A stretch of DNA of 64,000 bases from a virus: IMG/VR virus record IMGVR_UViG_3300045988_144682; one strand, given 5' to 3'. This document shows positions 30,089 through 40,553 of this stretch, one piece after another. The notes below the pieces were generated by a model that was not told the DNA's origin, searched no databases, and saw only the letters and a list, made by a program, of their open reading frames with translations. Numbering within the stretch: position 1 is the first letter of the stretch; each line of letters opens with the position of its first letter. Both the position numbers and the translations under genes were made by a program.

Positions 30089-31201
30089 TTAAGACTGTTT
30101 AGCAAGTAAACCAATCTCAAATTCACGACCTTTTACAACGTCAGCACCAAGTTCAACATCAAAACGAGTTTTGATTGTACCTGTTTCAACGTCTGTACCG
30201 CTCATTGTTGTGATACCACCACGTCTGAAGATATTCAGCGGAGATTTATTACCAGCAGCAGTAAAGTACAGCTCATCATCTGCGTAATAAGTCTCGAATC
30301 CAGACTTGTCAGCAAGCGGTTTTGTATAGTTGAACGGATTTTCAAGTTCTACAAGTGTGCTTCCTTTATAGAATCCGTTTACACCAGCTTTGGCGATTTC
30401 ATCTACCTGTGATGGGCTATAGAATGGAATCTTAGTATCACCAACAGTTTTATATCCGTTCCATCCACTGATTTCCTGGATTAAGCTGTAGTCACCTAAG
30501 ATAGCAACTTTACCCATTTTACGAGTAAATGCAACTCTCTTAGCAACGTCTGCCTCTGTAGGGAGATCACCTGTATATGTGCTATAGTTCTTCACATATT
30601 TAGTGTTGTTTGCAAGAGATTTCTTCAGAACACCAAGAACGTATGCTACACCTTTGTTGTTCATATCAACCTGAACCTGAGCCATTTCCTCTGCAATTGT
30701 TCCATCGAAGTTACCAGAAGCAAGTTCACGGTAATCAATAGCCATACCAGCAGAAATGGTTCTTGTAGCAACAGGATATTCCATCCAGTTTCTTCCAGCA
30801 AAACTTACATCAGAATTTGCAGCTTGCATACGAGCGTCAATTCCTTCGTAGTTGTAAGTTTTAACCTTCGGCTGTTCATGATAAGCAAGTTCATGATAGT
30901 TTCCTAAGAAATCATAAATCTTCATAGCCTCAAGCAGTTTCGGCTCAATAATGAACTTAACGATTGTATTGATTTCAGCTCTAGCTTTGAAATCGCCCAT
31001 AGCTGCAGCTTCTCCAAGTGCAGAAAGTTTCTTTGCTACAGCATCTTTCTGTGTTCCATATTTACCGGCATCTGTACCAGTGAACAGGGCAGAACAGATT
31101 TCAACCATCTGTTTGAATTTAGCCTGATCCTTGATAGTTACATCATCTTTTACTGGATTTGCTAATTCAAAAGAAGTATTTAATTCAACGATATTTCTCA
31201 T
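30089..31201 (-). CDS. major capsid protein candidate
   Basis: 370 aa with GGAGG RBS. Position follows the scaffold and decoration genes. Confidence 0.6.
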   Translation of the reverse strand: MRNIVELNTSFELANPVKDDVTIKDQAKFKQMVEICSALFTGTDAGKYGTQKDAVAKKLSALGEAAAMGDFKARAEINTIVKFIIEPKLLEAMKIYDFLGNYHELAYHEQPKVKTYNYEGIDARMQAANSDVSFAGRNWMEYPVATRTISAGMAIDYRELASGNFDGTIAEEMAQVQVDMNNKGVAYVLGVLKKSLANNTKYVKNYSTYTGDLPTEADVAKRVAFTRKMGKVAILGDYSLIQEISGWNGYKTVGDTKIPFYSPSQVDEIAKAGVNGFYKGSTLVELENPFNYTKPLADKSGFETYYADDELYFTAAGNKSPLNIFRRGGITTMSGTDVETGTIKTRFDVELGADVVKGREFEIGLLAKQS

Positions 31202-31236
31202 TGTTTCGTTCCTCCAATTAGTGTATTAAGTTACAA

Positions 31237-31707
31237 TTAGGCAATAACAACCTCAACAGCAAGTCCTTCACCGTTGAAACTTGTTTTCTCGCTTACTACA
31301 AAATATTCTTTGTAGTCAGCTACTCCTGTGGCTTTCTTTACAGCTTTCAGTTTTCCACTGGCTTCTGCAACAAGGAAATCGCCAACAGCAATATCTGCGT
31401 ATGTGCCATCTACCTGATCCATATCCATGTCAATAATTCTTCCTTTCAGTGAAGTAAGAACAAATAAACGTGGATTCTCACCAACTTCGATTACATAATC
31501 GTTTGGTGTAAGAGTCTCAGGTTTGTCGATAGTGTTCATAACAATTGCAAGCCCTGTTTCTTTTCCATCAGTAGGAACAGCAGCTTTCTTTGTAGCTTTA
31601 TCGAAAGTTACAACATTACCGTTATGCAGCTCAACGTCTGCTGTGCAGTAACCAACATTAACGGCATTTTTGTATGTACCAATTTCTCTAAATTTTAACA
31701 TGGTCAC
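31237..31707 (-). CDS. head decoration-like protein
   Basis: 156 aa with GGAGG RBS, between scaffold and capsid. Confidence 0.45.
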   Translation of the reverse strand: MTMLKFREIGTYKNAVNVGYCTADVELHNGNVVTFDKATKKAAVPTDGKETGLAIVMNTIDKPETLTPNDYVIEVGENPRLFVLTSLKGRIIDMDMDQVDGTYADIAVGDFLVAEASGKLKAVKKATGVADYKEYFVVSEKTSFNGEGLAVEVVIA

Positions 31708-31730
31708 GTTCCTCCATTATTTTTGTTTGA

Positions 31731-32954
31731 TTAAGCAAAACAATCAAAATCGTCAACGGAATTATCATCTTTGACGATAGGATCAATTGCTGACATAATG
31801 CCATCAAATTCGTCTTTCATTGAGTTCATTTCAAGAGATTTCTTTGCATTTTCCTCACGAATTTTCTTATATGCAGTTGCATCAATCTTTGTTACGATTG
31901 AATTGATCTCTACAGAGAACGGATCAGCATTGAATGCTTCGATTTCTTCTTTGGCAAAATCTTTCTGCTCATCTGTATAGTCTGCAAGGGCACTATTTAA
32001 CTCAGCGATTTTATTTGCTTTCTTCAGTTCATTGAGTTCTGTAGCCTGTGTCTCAACAAGGGCATTCAGCTCTTTATTTTTCGCATCAAGCTCGTCTTCT
32101 TTTGCTTTGGCATCACTTTCAGATTTTTCACATTTCTGGTTAAGTTCAGAAATTTCCTCATCCTTTTCTTTGATAGAAGCATTCAGCTCATCAATCTTAG
32201 AATTGAGTTCTGCAACCTGTGATTCAAGACTAGCAACCTGTGAATTTACTTCAACTTTTCTAGTGTCCTGAAATTCTGAAATAATGTCAGTTTTTAAATC
32301 AGAAAGTGCTTTCATCATTTCTTCATTCATTTCAATAACCTCCAAGTTTTTACGATTGAACTGGTTAAGTTCAACTAATACGGCAGTCGAATCGGAAGGT
32401 TTTACGGATAAGATACAATATCCACTATAATCATAAATCATAGGGATACGACCTTGCTCTTTCCAACCGCCATCATAAATTATTTCACCGTCATTTTCCT
32501 TTGTACCAACAAATTCAACACTTCCTCGAATAGTAATGCCATCAGCAATCTTATCCTCAATCCATTTTACGAATTTTGGATATCTTGCTTCATTTATGTA
32601 GCCGACACCACATAAACATCTATGCATTCCGTCTTCCAATTCAATGTCTTCAATCGACCAGTCCTCAAACACACCTACTTGCACAGAATCTTCAAATACC
32701 GGCATATTTTTAATCTGACCAGTCAATCCATGACCATATGGAATTTCTTTATCATTATCCAGGAACTCAGCGCATAATGGCATACCTTTTACGGTATCTG
32801 CATTGTCTCTTGTGTATTGTTCAAGATAGGAGATACCATTGATATTCCAACGTGTGTTATCGGGGTAAATTTCATGCAAAACAATTTTGACTCGTCTGCG
32901 TCCATTTGGGTTGGTGGCTTGTGAAATTTCTAAAAATCTTTTTTCCATTTCCAT
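31731..32954 (-). CDS. scaffolding protein (possibly protease-scaffold fusion)
   Basis: The C-terminal ~200 aa form an acidic coiled coil. Position follows the portal gene. Confidence 0.5.
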   Translation of the reverse strand: MEMEKRFLEISQATNPNGRRRVKIVLHEIYPDNTRWNINGISYLEQYTRDNADTVKGMPLCAEFLDNDKEIPYGHGLTGQIKNMPVFEDSVQVGVFEDWSIEDIELEDGMHRCLCGVGYINEARYPKFVKWIEDKIADGITIRGSVEFVGTKENDGEIIYDGGWKEQGRIPMIYDYSGYCILSVKPSDSTAVLVELNQFNRKNLEVIEMNEEMMKALSDLKTDIISEFQDTRKVEVNSQVASLESQVAELNSKIDELNASIKEKDEEISELNQKCEKSESDAKAKEDELDAKNKELNALVETQATELNELKKANKIAELNSALADYTDEQKDFAKEEIEAFNADPFSVEINSIVTKIDATAYKKIREENAKKSLEMNSMKDEFDGIMSAIDPIVKDDNSVDDFDCFA

Positions 32955-33037
32955 GATATGTACCACCTTTTTGTATAATTTATTGCAATAAAAAAGACAC
33001 CCTAAAGTGCCATTTCTAACAATAACGTAATAAACAT

Positions 33038-33238
33038 CTATTCAGATGTACTTAAAATAGTAGTGAAATCATTTACAAATTTTTCCGTTTCCACAAATAT
33101 GAAAATAGAAGCGTCTGGATTTTCTTTCTTCGGCTTGATATCATAAACAGGATTTCCCATTTTGATTAAATGCCTTGCAACACCAGGCTTAAAAACTGAT
33201 TTGCATTTCACTACAGAATTTGTTTCTGTCATGCACAT
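33038..33238 (-). CDS. hypothetical small protein
   Basis: 66-aa ORF with an AGGAAGGA RBS. Confidence 0.45.
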   Translation of the reverse strand: MCMTETNSVVKCKSVFKPGVARHLIKMGNPVYDIKPKKENPDASIFIFVETEKFVNDFTTILSTSE

Positions 33239-33249
33239 AATCTTCCTTC

Positions 33250-34908
33250 CTAATCTGTACTTGGTTTAGGATTGGTGTTTGAACCAGAAGATTGTGATTG
33301 TATCGTATTTTCATTTGTCGCAAAATCTACTGTTTCACGACCACTTTCTTTACTATCTGCTTCATCACGACCACTCATTGTAAATGATGTAGCATGAACA
33401 GGATATTTGTTTTCAAAATCAGACTCTAACTCATAGTCAAGCAGAGAGATATATGCATCTGGATCAAACCCAGTTGCACTTACCCAAGCGGTCAGAGATC
33501 CCTTACCATGAGAATATAAATCCTGCATGTATTTTACTTGTTTATCTCTGTTTGCAAAGGTTGTAGGTAAAATATAGCAATCAACCACACAAGAAGAATC
33601 CATGATAATATTTGCGTTAATGCATTTATTAAGTTCAAACATGAAATTCTCAACCCATGTGTAGGTATTGCTTGCAACAAGCTCTAAGTTGAGAGAAGCA
33701 GTTGCATAATTACCTTTTGTATTACCGTCAAGACTGGCAGAACTGATACCTAAAGCACCAGGCACAGCGTCCTTAATAGATGCTTCATTTTTCTCATCGA
33801 AAATATCTATATCAACGTCCATTTTGTCTATCTTAGTTCCACTTGCAAGGGAGAAGAAAGATATACCAGACTGACTTCTTCGAGTGATAACAGCCTCTTT
33901 TACTTTTTCATGCTGTTCTCTCTGTTGGTCTTTTGTAAGAGATGACGTTCCTTTTTCTTTTCCTTCCGGGAATGTCATATAAATAATCTGATTATTGATT
34001 GAATCCAAAACTGTACGTTTAGTATTGACAAAATACTCAGCATACATAATATCATCAAAGGCAGTTACAGCCATTGGTACACCCCAGGGCTGGTTAATTG
34101 CAGCATTTACTTTTGTAACGATAGTTTTTGTATCGTCAAGTATAATCCAATTATTGATGCTGCCTTTATTCTGATTATATCCATCACGAATTTCTTTCGG
34201 CATAGCTTGTAATCGTGCTTTTAATTCTCTGTCATTGAATTGATCGAAATATCTCAAATTAAAAGCCATACGATAATGATTACCTACTCTGCCACAAATT
34301 CTACACCAATCAACAGGCAAAGGAATAATAGAAACATCCATACCAATTTCATTTATCTCAACAATATTAGCCATTTGATAATCAGATATGAATTTCTCAT
34401 TGCTAATAGGTCTGTTTGCAGTTTCAAAATAGTAGAAAGCAGTTCCATCATTTGCATTTTTCATCAGATTGTCTCTGATTTGTTGCTTATAATTGATTTT
34501 GTCAAGAACAGATAACATTTTGAGTCTGTTTCTTTCAAAATTTCTCGGACGCTTTTTTCTATTCTTACAAACAATTACCTTATCAAGAGTGTGCATAGAG
34601 CCAATATAATTAACGGCACTCCTTACACTACCGTTAGTGTTATACGCCCACCAAGCCAAATCTCTTAACTGTTTGTTGTAATACTGGGGATTTTTAGAAA
34701 ATGTTCTAATATCCTTTATCGTATATGGGGAGGCATCAAGAAAATCCCCTAAGACAGAATAGATATAAGGTAATGTAGTATTATAGGCATAAGCATTTGT
34801 TTCTACATTATGGTTAGCACGATTATTCGTGTTTGCCTTACGTTTAGGTGCAGATGATCTACCACGCTTTTTGGTAGTAGAAGCTGCCACTTCATTCTGT
34901 TCTGGCAT
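33250..34908 (-). CDS. portal protein candidate
   Basis: 552 aa with GGAGG RBS, immediately downstream of TerL. Confidence 0.6.
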   Translation of the reverse strand: MPEQNEVAASTTKKRGRSSAPKRKANTNNRANHNVETNAYAYNTTLPYIYSVLGDFLDASPYTIKDIRTFSKNPQYYNKQLRDLAWWAYNTNGSVRSAVNYIGSMHTLDKVIVCKNRKKRPRNFERNRLKMLSVLDKINYKQQIRDNLMKNANDGTAFYYFETANRPISNEKFISDYQMANIVEINEIGMDVSIIPLPVDWCRICGRVGNHYRMAFNLRYFDQFNDRELKARLQAMPKEIRDGYNQNKGSINNWIILDDTKTIVTKVNAAINQPWGVPMAVTAFDDIMYAEYFVNTKRTVLDSINNQIIYMTFPEGKEKGTSSLTKDQQREQHEKVKEAVITRRSQSGISFFSLASGTKIDKMDVDIDIFDEKNEASIKDAVPGALGISSASLDGNTKGNYATASLNLELVASNTYTWVENFMFELNKCINANIIMDSSCVVDCYILPTTFANRDKQVKYMQDLYSHGKGSLTAWVSATGFDPDAYISLLDYELESDFENKYPVHATSFTMSGRDEADSKESGRETVDFATNENTIQSQSSGSNTNPKPSTD

Positions 34909-34927
34909 CTATCTACCTCCTAATTTT

Positions 34928-36679
34928 TTAATTGATAAAAGTTGAAAATCCGTATTCGTCTTCAATATTACGCATGTCTCTTTCAAGCTCATTTGCAATA
35001 TAGTTGGCATAGGAGATAGAAGAGTATCTATCCTTTCTCATACCAGCCACTTCAACGACTTTAATTTTTCCGTCAGTAGCAGTGTAGTCCAAGTTAATCA
35101 TTTCTTTAATCATGGCAGTTGTCTGATAAAATGGTTCTTGGAACATTACTTGATCTTCAACTAATAAATTCTGGAAAGCCTTGCTACGATTCAAAATATC
35201 ATTAGAATCTATTTCATTGATAAGAAGTCGTAACTTTCCACGTTTGATACAGTCTCTAAGATATACTGCAGCATCAGAGTTGAATTTAGCAGTAGCCTTA
35301 ATACTGTAGATGACTTTCTCTGCTTCAGGATCTTTACATCTTTCAGCCATTTTGTCATCATTGATACATGACCATGCCGGATATACAGTATTTCTTTCAT
35401 CGTCAACCTGTTCAATAACAAGGTTATCGAATACACCAATACCGACACCATTTGTATCTACGATTATGTAATCACAATCGAAATCCTCAAATAACCGCCT
35501 TGCTTTTAAAGCCTGGTCAAATGTATGACCACCATCTAATGTAGTAATATACAGAACATTTCTAATATATTGATTGCTTGAAGTTGGAAGCAATTGCATC
35601 AGTGTAAAACAAGTAGCGTCATTTTTAGAACCGCCTTGTGTCGCAATATCCATTGATAAAAGACGTATCTCACCATTTCTTTTTGGTTCATACTTATACT
35701 TACTGTCATTCAACAGCGCATAATAAGGCTTCGGATATAATGCTCTCTGAATCTTACGAATCTTATCTACAGTTTCAAAGTTATAGAAAGCCTTTTCAGA
35801 ACTACCAAAGAAAAGAGAATCCATCTCCATTGACCATGCAATGCTATCAAAGTCATCTTCCTGCATTTCTTCACGAATCTGTTCTTCTGGGTAATATCCT
35901 TCATAAACAGGTAATTGATACGGGAATCCAACGACCATGTAGCTTTCGCCTTTAATCATGGATTTAAAAAATGCCTTGAACTTTGCCCAAGACCAATGAT
36001 ACTTGTAGTATGCACTACTCAAATAAATCTCTTTATTAGGTTCTTTTGGATATTTAGCCTTATTTTCTTCAACCTTATCGCTGTATTCTTCTTTATTATA
36101 GAAGTTAGGTCTACGTTGTCCGGCTTTGAATTTTCTCAGTACCTTATCAACGACACCTTTATCAATAAGTCTAAACTCGTCCATTATAATGATATTTGCT
36201 CTGGCAGAACGGGCAGAATCCCTTGCCGTTACAACTTTTATAACAGAACCATTCTTCCAATATATAAATCCCTCTGAGGGAGAAGTATTTGTTTTGAGTA
36301 TCTCATTCCTTAGATTAGGAGATTGTGGCATAAATTCCTCTACAATCTTCAAGAGGACGTTAATTGATTGACCACGTTGACCGGCAGCAATACATACCTT
36401 GACACCAGGATATAGTGTACAATAGGCACATAGGAAAGCAGCAACGATCATGGACTTACCCATACCACGACTCGCAATAGTCATAAAATTATTGAATCTG
36501 AACATAAATGTGATTAGCACTTGTTGGAATGGGCGAATCCACTCCATACCGTAATAATCAATAAGGAATCGTACAGGGTTTGCACGATAGTAGCCTATCC
36601 ATATATTCAGACCACACATTATTTTGTCGTATTTAGAGTCCGATAAACTACCTTTATTCTTTCGTTCCATCAGCGTCAC
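34928..36679 (-). CDS. terL: terminase large subunit
   Basis: 583 aa. Walker A ASRGMGKS and Walker B IIIMDEF, with a C-terminal nuclease-like half. Confidence 0.85.
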   Translation of the reverse strand: MTLMERKNKGSLSDSKYDKIMCGLNIWIGYYRANPVRFLIDYYGMEWIRPFQQVLITFMFRFNNFMTIASRGMGKSMIVAAFLCAYCTLYPGVKVCIAAGQRGQSINVLLKIVEEFMPQSPNLRNEILKTNTSPSEGFIYWKNGSVIKVVTARDSARSARANIIIMDEFRLIDKGVVDKVLRKFKAGQRRPNFYNKEEYSDKVEENKAKYPKEPNKEIYLSSAYYKYHWSWAKFKAFFKSMIKGESYMVVGFPYQLPVYEGYYPEEQIREEMQEDDFDSIAWSMEMDSLFFGSSEKAFYNFETVDKIRKIQRALYPKPYYALLNDSKYKYEPKRNGEIRLLSMDIATQGGSKNDATCFTLMQLLPTSSNQYIRNVLYITTLDGGHTFDQALKARRLFEDFDCDYIIVDTNGVGIGVFDNLVIEQVDDERNTVYPAWSCINDDKMAERCKDPEAEKVIYSIKATAKFNSDAAVYLRDCIKRGKLRLLINEIDSNDILNRSKAFQNLLVEDQVMFQEPFYQTTAMIKEMINLDYTATDGKIKVVEVAGMRKDRYSSISYANYIANELERDMRNIEDEYGFSTFIN

Positions 36680-37715
36680 CGCCGTTTACAATGAAATCAA
36701 AGATATCTTCATCATCAGCTTCTTCTAATTCAGGAATCTCAACTCTGTATTTAGCCATTTCTTCTTCATAAAGAGCTGAGTATTTATTTTTTAATTTCAA
36801 CATCTTGCATAAATGCCCTAAGAAATAGATAGTGATATATTTTACAATACCGTCTACATCTTCCCATTCTGGTCGGCACTTATCTATCGGACGTTCATCC
36901 TCAAACATTTTAATCATTACACCAATTGGTTTTTCAGATGCTTTATCATTTTCATCTTCTTGCTTCGGCTGTAAGTTTGCGGATCTCATAGTCTCTTGAT
37001 ATGTTTTCATCAGCTTTGTGTAAAGCTCAACATTATTATCCTTCAATGCAAGGTTCATCTGTAACTTAATAATACACAGTTCCCTTACAAGGGTTTCTCT
37101 TGTCTTGCCATCAATAACAACCCTAGATTTCCAATCGTCAAACATATCATTCAAAATACCATACTGCTCCGGCTCAAAACCAAATCCCCAAACACCAACA
37201 GCTTTTTTCAACTGAGTAGCATCCAATCCACTATATTCAGCAACGTCATCGGCTGAATTGATAGAGTTTGATTTTTGCTCAATCAAAGTATCGCTATATG
37301 TTTTCCCAGTATGAGGTTTAATCTGTATCTTGCTGATGTATACAGAAATACGACTACGATCCTCACTGATTTTTCTTGATGCAGCAAGGGCACTTTCATT
37401 AAAGTACAAATCAAACAACTGGCATATTCTTTCAATAGCACGTTCTTCATTACCATTGAAAAAATTAGTGTAATGTATAAACAATTCATCAACACAATTT
37501 TTACATGTGTTCATATATCCATCTGTACCGGCATAAATCGGTGACTTAGATGGAGAGAAATTGCCTTTTCTTTTTTTATAGTGCTTACCACAAGTCTGAC
37601 AAACGTAATCATCTGGTTCTTCTTTGGCAGAGATTTTTTCAAGCGTGACATCGCTATTTACTGAAACGTCAGAAGCGAGTGATTTTTCCACTTGCTGTTT
37701 TTTTGTAACACCCAT
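36654..37715 (-). CDS. small terminase candidate / Zn-ribbon DNA-binding protein
   Basis: 353 aa upstream of and overlapping terL. Contains CQTCG..CKNC. Confidence 0.4.
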   Translation of the reverse strand: MGVTKKQQVEKSLASDVSVNSDVTLEKISAKEEPDDYVCQTCGKHYKKRKGNFSPSKSPIYAGTDGYMNTCKNCVDELFIHYTNFFNGNEERAIERICQLFDLYFNESALAASRKISEDRSRISVYISKIQIKPHTGKTYSDTLIEQKSNSINSADDVAEYSGLDATQLKKAVGVWGFGFEPEQYGILNDMFDDWKSRVVIDGKTRETLVRELCIIKLQMNLALKDNNVELYTKLMKTYQETMRSANLQPKQEDENDKASEKPIGVMIKMFEDERPIDKCRPEWEDVDGIVKYITIYFLGHLCKMLKLKNKYSALYEEEMAKYRVEIPELEEADDEDIFDFIVNGGDADGTKE

Positions 37716-37766
37716 TTGTCAAACCTTCTTTCTTTATGCAATTTTTCCACTATAGAATAGTGGGAG

Positions 37767-37850
37767 TAGGAGATGTGGGACTCGAACCCACACGCCAATA
37801 ACGGCACTGCGCCCTTAACGCAGCGTGTCTACCAATTCCACCAATCTCCC
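37767..37850 (-). tRNA. tRNA-Leu, anticodon reads AAG in a standard 7-nt loop
   Basis: Cloverleaf with a Leu-type D arm (GGAATTGGTAGAC), long variable arm and T loop GGTTCGAGTCC. Anticodon stem CTGCG/CGCAG, loop TTAAGGG. G1.U72. Confidence 0.8.
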
Positions 37851-37893
37851 ATATAAAAAAGCATGGGAAGTTTCCAACCCATGCTATAAAAGA

Positions 37894-39336
37894 TTACAAC
37901 GAAATTTTCATTCCTTTATTTGAACATAAGACTCTGAAAGTCTTATTATTTTTAGAAATTTCTTTTCTTAAACTTTCAGATAATGACTTTTTGCTTTCTT
38001 CGCTACCATGAACCAAGATAAGTTTGTTTGTATTCAAAGAACTACCGAACTTAATCAAGTCATCTCTATTGGCATGGCTACTGAAAGTAGAGAGCGATAT
38101 ACAGTCAGTCCTATTTACAACCGGCACTTTATTGATTGTCAGTTTCTTGTAGTCTTTATAGTTCTTGATTCGATAGGAGAGATATGAAGGATTATCGCCA
38201 ACATATCCAGAGAATACAACCATACTGTTTGGATCGGGCAAGAACTTTTGTAAATAGTTTACAATCCTACCATTTGTACAAAATCCAGAGGATGACAATA
38301 CAATCTTCGGAGTAGTATCATTCTGGCACATTTTGGATTCTTCTTTCTCAGATAAAAAAACAACATTTTTCCAATTTCGCACTTTCATCCATAATTCCAG
38401 GTCTTCGCCTTTAAGTATGGTTTCATATAAGTCAGAAATTTCACAGCTAAGTTTTGAATCAACAACTACATCAGCTTTAAATGAATCGTCACAACCAAAA
38501 ATCAAATAGAGAACAGTAAGTAATTCTTGTGTCCGACTAAAACTGAAACATGGCAGCAGAAGAGTACCTTTTCGCTCCAATACAGTATTGACAGCTACTC
38601 TCAAATGCTCAACGTCAAAATCCCTGGTTTTCTTATTTACTTTTTCTCTACTTCCATATGTACTTTCCATAATGGCAACATCATTGAACATTGCCGGAAT
38701 TTCAGTATTTCTTACATAATGATTTTTCGTATTCAAAGCACCAAGATCAGATGTATACAGAATTTTCTTTGTCTTCAATCCATCTGACAAAATCAATTGT
38801 AATTGAGCAGCACCTACACAATGAGAGTTTGGAATCCACTGAAAACTAACTACATCGTCAAGTTGGAAAACAACACCATATTCACTATAAGGTTTAATTA
38901 ACTGCAATGTTTTAGAAACATCATCTTCACTATAAATAGGAGAGTAATTTCTGCTGTAGCGTTTTGAAAGAATTCTTGCTTCATCAGCTACAATAAAAGC
39001 ACAATTAAAAAGCAGCGATTTCATAACCGCTGCAGTGTTAGGTGTAGTTATAATTTTTCCATTGAATCCCTGGGCAACCAATCGAGGAATTAAGCCACAA
39101 TGATCCACATGTGGATGTGCCACAAACAAGTAATCAATCTCACTTGGTTTGAATCCAAATTTCTTTGAATTGATTTTATAGGAATCAAGATAACTATTGC
39201 TTTTGGATTGATATAATCCGCATTCCAGTAATATCTTTTTGCCTCCAAATTGTACAAGGTACTGAGAGCCGGTGACATCTGTTGATGATTCACCTAAGAA
39301 ATAAATTCCATCATTATTTTGTTTGTGTTTAGACAT
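37894..39336 (-). CDS. beta-CASP metallo-beta-lactamase-fold nuclease (RNase J/CPSF-like)
   Basis: 480 aa with an AAAGGTGG RBS. HPHVDH (HxHxDH) motif and a beta-CASP-sized C-terminal half. Embedded between tRNA genes. Confidence 0.7.
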   Translation of the reverse strand: MSKHKQNNDGIYFLGESSTDVTGSQYLVQFGGKKILLECGLYQSKSNSYLDSYKINSKKFGFKPSEIDYLFVAHPHVDHCGLIPRLVAQGFNGKIITTPNTAAVMKSLLFNCAFIVADEARILSKRYSRNYSPIYSEDDVSKTLQLIKPYSEYGVVFQLDDVVSFQWIPNSHCVGAAQLQLILSDGLKTKKILYTSDLGALNTKNHYVRNTEIPAMFNDVAIMESTYGSREKVNKKTRDFDVEHLRVAVNTVLERKGTLLLPCFSFSRTQELLTVLYLIFGCDDSFKADVVVDSKLSCEISDLYETILKGEDLELWMKVRNWKNVVFLSEKEESKMCQNDTTPKIVLSSSGFCTNGRIVNYLQKFLPDPNSMVVFSGYVGDNPSYLSYRIKNYKDYKKLTINKVPVVNRTDCISLSTFSSHANRDDLIKFGSSLNTNKLILVHGSEESKKSLSESLRKEISKNNKTFRVLCSNKGMKISL

Positions 39337-39368
39337 ATAATTCCACCTTTATTATTATTTGTTTATAG

Positions 39369-39448
39369 TAGTAGATACGAGACTCGAACTCGTAAGGTTT
39401 CCCGGCAGTGTTTGAGACTGCTGCGTTTGCCTGTTTCGCCAATCTACC
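39369..39448 (-). tRNA. tRNA-Leu(CAA)
   Basis: Anticodon arm GCAGT-CTCAAAC-ACTGC, long variable arm, T arm ACGAG-TTCGAGT-CTCGT. Confidence 0.8.
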
Positions 39449-39535
39449 ACAATATATAAACAAAGCTACTTGATAAGTGTCAGATAGCTTCGGAATAATT
39501 TATGATTTACACTATTTGATAGTGGTAATTTTTAA

Positions 39536-39618
39536 TGTGGATGATGGGACTTGAACCCATACACCATTAAGATAGCAGAGCTTAAATCTGCTGCGTCTGC
39601 CAATTACGCCACATCCAC
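39536..39618 (-). tRNA. tRNA-Leu(TAA)
   Basis: Perfect acceptor GTGGATG/CATCCAC. Anticodon arm GCAGA-TTTAAGC-TCTGC. Long variable arm. Confidence 0.9.
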
Positions 39619-39696
39619 ATGATATATTGTAGAATTATAGTCTAATTGAAAATGTAATGTTCCATATAATATAATCATTGCATCACACTCTCAATA

Positions 39697-39769
39697 AGCT
39701 GGTAAAGGGACTCGAACCCTTAACCTACTGATTACAGGTCAGTTGCGCTACCAATTGCGCCATACCAGC
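39697..39769 (-). tRNA. tRNA-Thr(TGT), with C at position 33
   Basis: Acceptor GCTGGTA/TACCAGC. Anticodon arm ACTGA-CCTGTAA-TCAGT. T loop TTCGAGT. Confidence 0.85.
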
Positions 39770-40014
39770 AGATGTGTTCAATGAGGTTTACCTAGTGCGC
39801 CCTCTGACAGACAATGAACTGTGCCATCCCCACGTGTATAAATAGTTATAGATTATCCTGGTGACTATTTCGGATACATACATGGTTTCAACCTTAACAC
39901 CAGTTTCGATAAAACATCTACCCATCTATTATTGATATCTGATAATAAATAGACATAGCGTAATATCTAGCGCACTAAAAACCTTCATCCATCGCTTTAA
40001 ACTTTGTGCGTTTC

Positions 40015-40039
40015 AATTGTATTTTGCTTTGTTACAATT
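40015..40039 (-). ncRNA. small hairpin with ACAAAGCAAAA loop (mini version of the array stem-loop motif)
   Basis: Minus strand reads AATTGTA-ACAAAGCAAAA-TACAATT (7-bp stem). Confidence 0.35.
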
Positions 40040-40091
40040 CAAGTTTATTGTTATTTATCTTCAAAGCTAAGACTTTCACATCCACGGTAAA

Positions 40092-40163
40092 CTGGGGTAG
40101 CTGGATTCGAACCAGCGAATACAGGAGTCAAAGTCCTGTGCCTTACCGCTTGGCGATACCCCA
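40092..40163 (-). tRNA. tRNA-Gln(TTG)
   Basis: TGGGGTATCGCCAAGCGGTAAGGCA body. Anticodon arm CAGGA-CTTTGAC-TCCTG. Confidence 0.9.
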
Positions 40164-40170
40164 TTATAAA

Positions 40171-40242
40171 CTGCCCCGGTGGGGATCGAACCCACAACAT
40201 ACAGATTAACAGTCTGCCGTTCTACCATTGGACTACAGGGCA
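40171..40242 (-). tRNA. tRNA-Asn(GTT)
   Basis: Anticodon arm GCAGA-CTGTTAA-TCTGT. T arm GTGGG-TTCGATC-CCCAC. Confidence 0.85.
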
Positions 40243-40309
40243 TTAAAAACTGATAATGACTATGCCAAAATCAGATTTCCTATCTACACATGGTAGATGG
40301 ATAAAAGAC

Positions 40310-40432
40310 AAGTCGCTAAGATCGAAGAAAATCTGATGATAGACAATACACTGAAGATTGTCTGGTCAGATTTTTATGTAAATATTTGCATTACTTACCC
40401 AATTTTTCGTTATAATTTGCTGTATGCGACTT
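40310..40432 (-). ncRNA. array stem-loop module A
   Basis: 7-bp closing stem AAGTCGC / GCGACTT. Loop starts ATACAGCAAATT. Confidence 0.55.
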
Positions 40433-40436
40433 TCAC

Positions 40437-40550
40437 TAGGCTCTAAATGTAAACTATTTCATTCATCAAAAATACTTAGTGTTTGAGGGGAAAATATAAA
40501 ATATTCTTTAATATGTTTTGTTAGTTGTTCATATTTGCTGTGTGAGCCTA
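40437..40550 (-). ncRNA. array stem-loop module B
   Basis: 7-bp closing stem TAGGCTC / GAGCCTA. Loop starts (A)CACAGCAAATA. Confidence 0.55.
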
Positions 40551-40553
40551 TAC

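Noticed and set aside
37717-37722. TTGACA on the minus strand just upstream of the small-terminase candidate
   Set aside because: It abuts the start codon (TTGACAAATG), leaving no room for a -10. Coincidental.
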